Shown here piece after piece: positions 27,212 to 28,778 of a stretch of 28,778 nt of DNA. Position 1 is the stretch's first letter. Each line of letters opens with the position of its first letter. Source of the DNA: Candidatus Bipolaricaulota bacterium (GTDB lineage: Bacteria; Bipolaricaulota; Bipolaricaulia; UBA7950; UBA9294). The notes under the pieces were generated by a model, which did not search any database, was not told the origin of the DNA, and was given only the letters and a program-made list of their open reading frames with translations. The translations under genes were made by a program, and so were the position numbers. The stretch covers positions 1-28,778 of the forward strand of contig JAGGXO010000124.1 in assembly GCA_021163015.1 (NCBI GenBank), given 5' to 3'.

Positions 27212-28369
27212 CTAGAAGAGCATGGAGCGTAGTCTCTGGAAGGCTGCAAGTTGCCCCTGAATGTATGCTTCTGCCTCATCATCTGACATCTCTTCCGTCT
27301 CCGAAACGAGGCTCAGGAATCTACCTTGCCACAGGACACGCAGCGCATCGAGGATACTAAGGGCATGACTGCCTGAGAAGGCATCGATCGCCAGGTACAC
27401 TGACTTCACCCAAAGGTCAAGAGGAAATGAGAACTCGGAGAGATCGAGGGAGTAGACAGCTTCAAGATCACCTTGTAACTCATTGAGGAACATCGCCTTC
27501 CCTCGTATGAACTCATCGTACTTAGCGTGAAACTGGAGGTAGATCCCTTCCCTGTCAACTGTCAGCTTGTGTGGCTGCACGGGCGGAATCTCCCCAAGTC
27601 GTTCGACAGCTCTAACCCCATCTACGTTCTCGATGTAGCTACGGTAGTAATCGATCAGATGGAAGAGCGTCCCTACGACCTGGTAGAACATGGGAACAAG
27701 GAGCTCCTCCGGGTCAGCATACTGTTTCGTTGACTCGTGCTCCTTCACTCCAAGGACTGCCTCCACCAGATTCATACCCTCAGCTCCGGATACGAGGGTG
27801 ATGAAGATGTCGATACCGAACTTCGCCGGGAAGAGAGGATGCCGCAGCAGTCGCTCGATAAGCCTCGCGGATAAACCGTACTCTCCGCCGATCGGCTGAC
27901 GCACGCCAAGGCCGAACAACACGTTCGTCAGTGGGTAGGCAATCTGGTTGGTGATAACACCATCATAGCGATAGCGCAGATAGTACGGGACCACAAGGTC
28001 TCTTCCAGCCATGATCGGTGAAACGAGGCGATCTATCCAATCTGGCCTGATGCTCGTAAGATCACCATCGACAAGCGCAACCGCTCTAGCGTCATGCATT
28101 CTTGCGATTTTGAAGATCGTTCTGATCGCGCTCCCTTTCCCCAGTTCTCCCTCCTCAGTGACCACGATCTTCTCGCACTGCGTCTTCGTCTTCGAGGCGA
28201 TGTCCCGTGTCCCATCGGTGGAAAACCCATCCGATACCACGATCAGCCCGGATTCACCCGGGAAGAACTTGGTTAACCCCGCGTCAACAGTCTCAATCAC
28301 GCCACTCACCGTTTCAGCGCAGTTTCGCGTGCTTATTCCAACCACGATATCTGTTGTTCCTACTGCCAT
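27212..28369 (-). CDS. GT-A glycosyltransferase, glucosylglycerate/mannosylglycerate synthase-like
   Basis: DIVVGIS, SDGFSTDGT, GKGSAI, VDGDL, RYDGVITNQIAYPL, VRQPIGGEYG, FGIDIFIT; ATG 28369 follows GGAGG. Confidence 0.8.
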   Translation of the reverse strand: MAVGTTDIVVGISTRNCAETVSGVIETVDAGLTKFFPGESGLIVVSDGFSTDGTRDIASKTKTQCEKIVVTEEGELGKGSAIRTIFKIARMHDARAVALVDGDLTSIRPDWIDRLVSPIMAGRDLVVPYYLRYRYDGVITNQIAYPLTNVLFGLGVRQPIGGEYGLSARLIERLLRHPLFPAKFGIDIFITLVSGAEGMNLVEAVLGVKEHESTKQYADPEELLVPMFYQVVGTLFHLIDYYRSYIENVDGVRAVERLGEIPPVQPHKLTVDREGIYLQFHAKYDEFIRGKAMFLNELQGDLEAVYSLDLSEFSFPLDLWVKSVYLAIDAFSGSHALSILDALRVLWQGRFLSLVSETEEMSDDEAEAYIQGQLAAFQRLRSMLF

Positions 28370-28404
28370 AGCTTCCTCCACTGTATTATCTCTTCTTAAT
28401 CTAT

Positions 28405-28778
28405 CTATCCATTATGCATGATAACGTGTAGATATCTTTCTAAGCTCTCCAGGCTGTAGAGGCGCTTCCCCAGGGCGAAGTTCTTCTTCACCATCGCTTC
28501 GCGAAGCGCGCTATCAGTCAATGCCTGCAGGCTCTCCCTTGCTGCGTGCTCAATGCGGTAATTACTCACTTGCACCAGGCCCAGATCATGCTTCCCCTCA
28601 ACCTCGCTTCCCAGGGAGATGACCGAGAATCCCTTCTCCTTGATATCAGCGCGGTATACGGGGTATTCGAAGACAACGATCGGAACGCGGGCACGCAGCG
28701 CTTCGAGAAACTGGTTCCCCCAACCCTCATAGAGCGACGGGTAGGTGACGAGATCCGAAAAGACATAACAGTCCCACA
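28405..28778 (-). CDS. GT4 glycosyltransferase, 3' end (mannosylglucosylglycerate synthase-like)
   Basis: Manual translation: WDCYVFSDLVTYPSLYEGWGNQFLEALRARVPIVVFEYPVYRADIKEKGFSVISLG...KNFALGKRLYSLESL...HNG*. GT4 E-x7-E motif present (EGWGNQFLE). Confidence 0.8.
   Translation of the reverse strand, partial: WDCYVFSDLVTYPSLYEGWGNQFLEALRARVPIVVFEYPVYRADIKEKGFSVISLGSEVEGKHDLGLVQVSNYRIEHAARESLQALTDSALREAMVKKNFALGKRLYSLESLERYLHVIMHNG

Overview
Gene-dense, mostly minus-strand core-genome window from a divergent, probably deep-branching bacterium. Best guess, by inference only: Bipolaricaulota/Acetothermia or the wider Thermotogota-Deinococcota neighbourhood, from the insert-rich 1651-aa beta', Thermus-length IF2, archaeal-type PGI/PMI and Thermotogales-like glycerate-solute genes. 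Left to right: fusA (5' part), rpsG, rpsL (one-base frame break near codon 10), rpoC (no rpoB upstream), FmdB-like zinc ribbon, degenerate PP-loop/ThiI-like protein, hpf, stand-alone HerA/DUF87 ATPase, cca, class II amidotransferase, SNase-LTD exported protein, fhs, membrane protein, rbfA, infB, TPR protein, family-4 UDG, tRNA-Gly(CCC), pgk, LolA-like protein, DUF151 nuclease, PGI/PMI, glycerate kinase, GH130, GT2 (Ggs-like) and the 3' end of a GT4 (MggS-like). Several near-consensus sigma70 promoters are readable by eye. I saw no CRISPR array, rRNA, transposase or integrase. Most notable: (1) a putative glycerate-based compatible-solute synthesis-plus-recycling cluster; (2) rpoC detached from rpoB and placed behind an intrinsic terminator; (3) the rpsL frame break (most likely a sequencing indel, remarkable if real); (4) an orphan HerA-coiled-coil-wHTH ATPase; (5) several enzymes with altered catalytic motifs. 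All family assignments come from motif recognition, not database searches.
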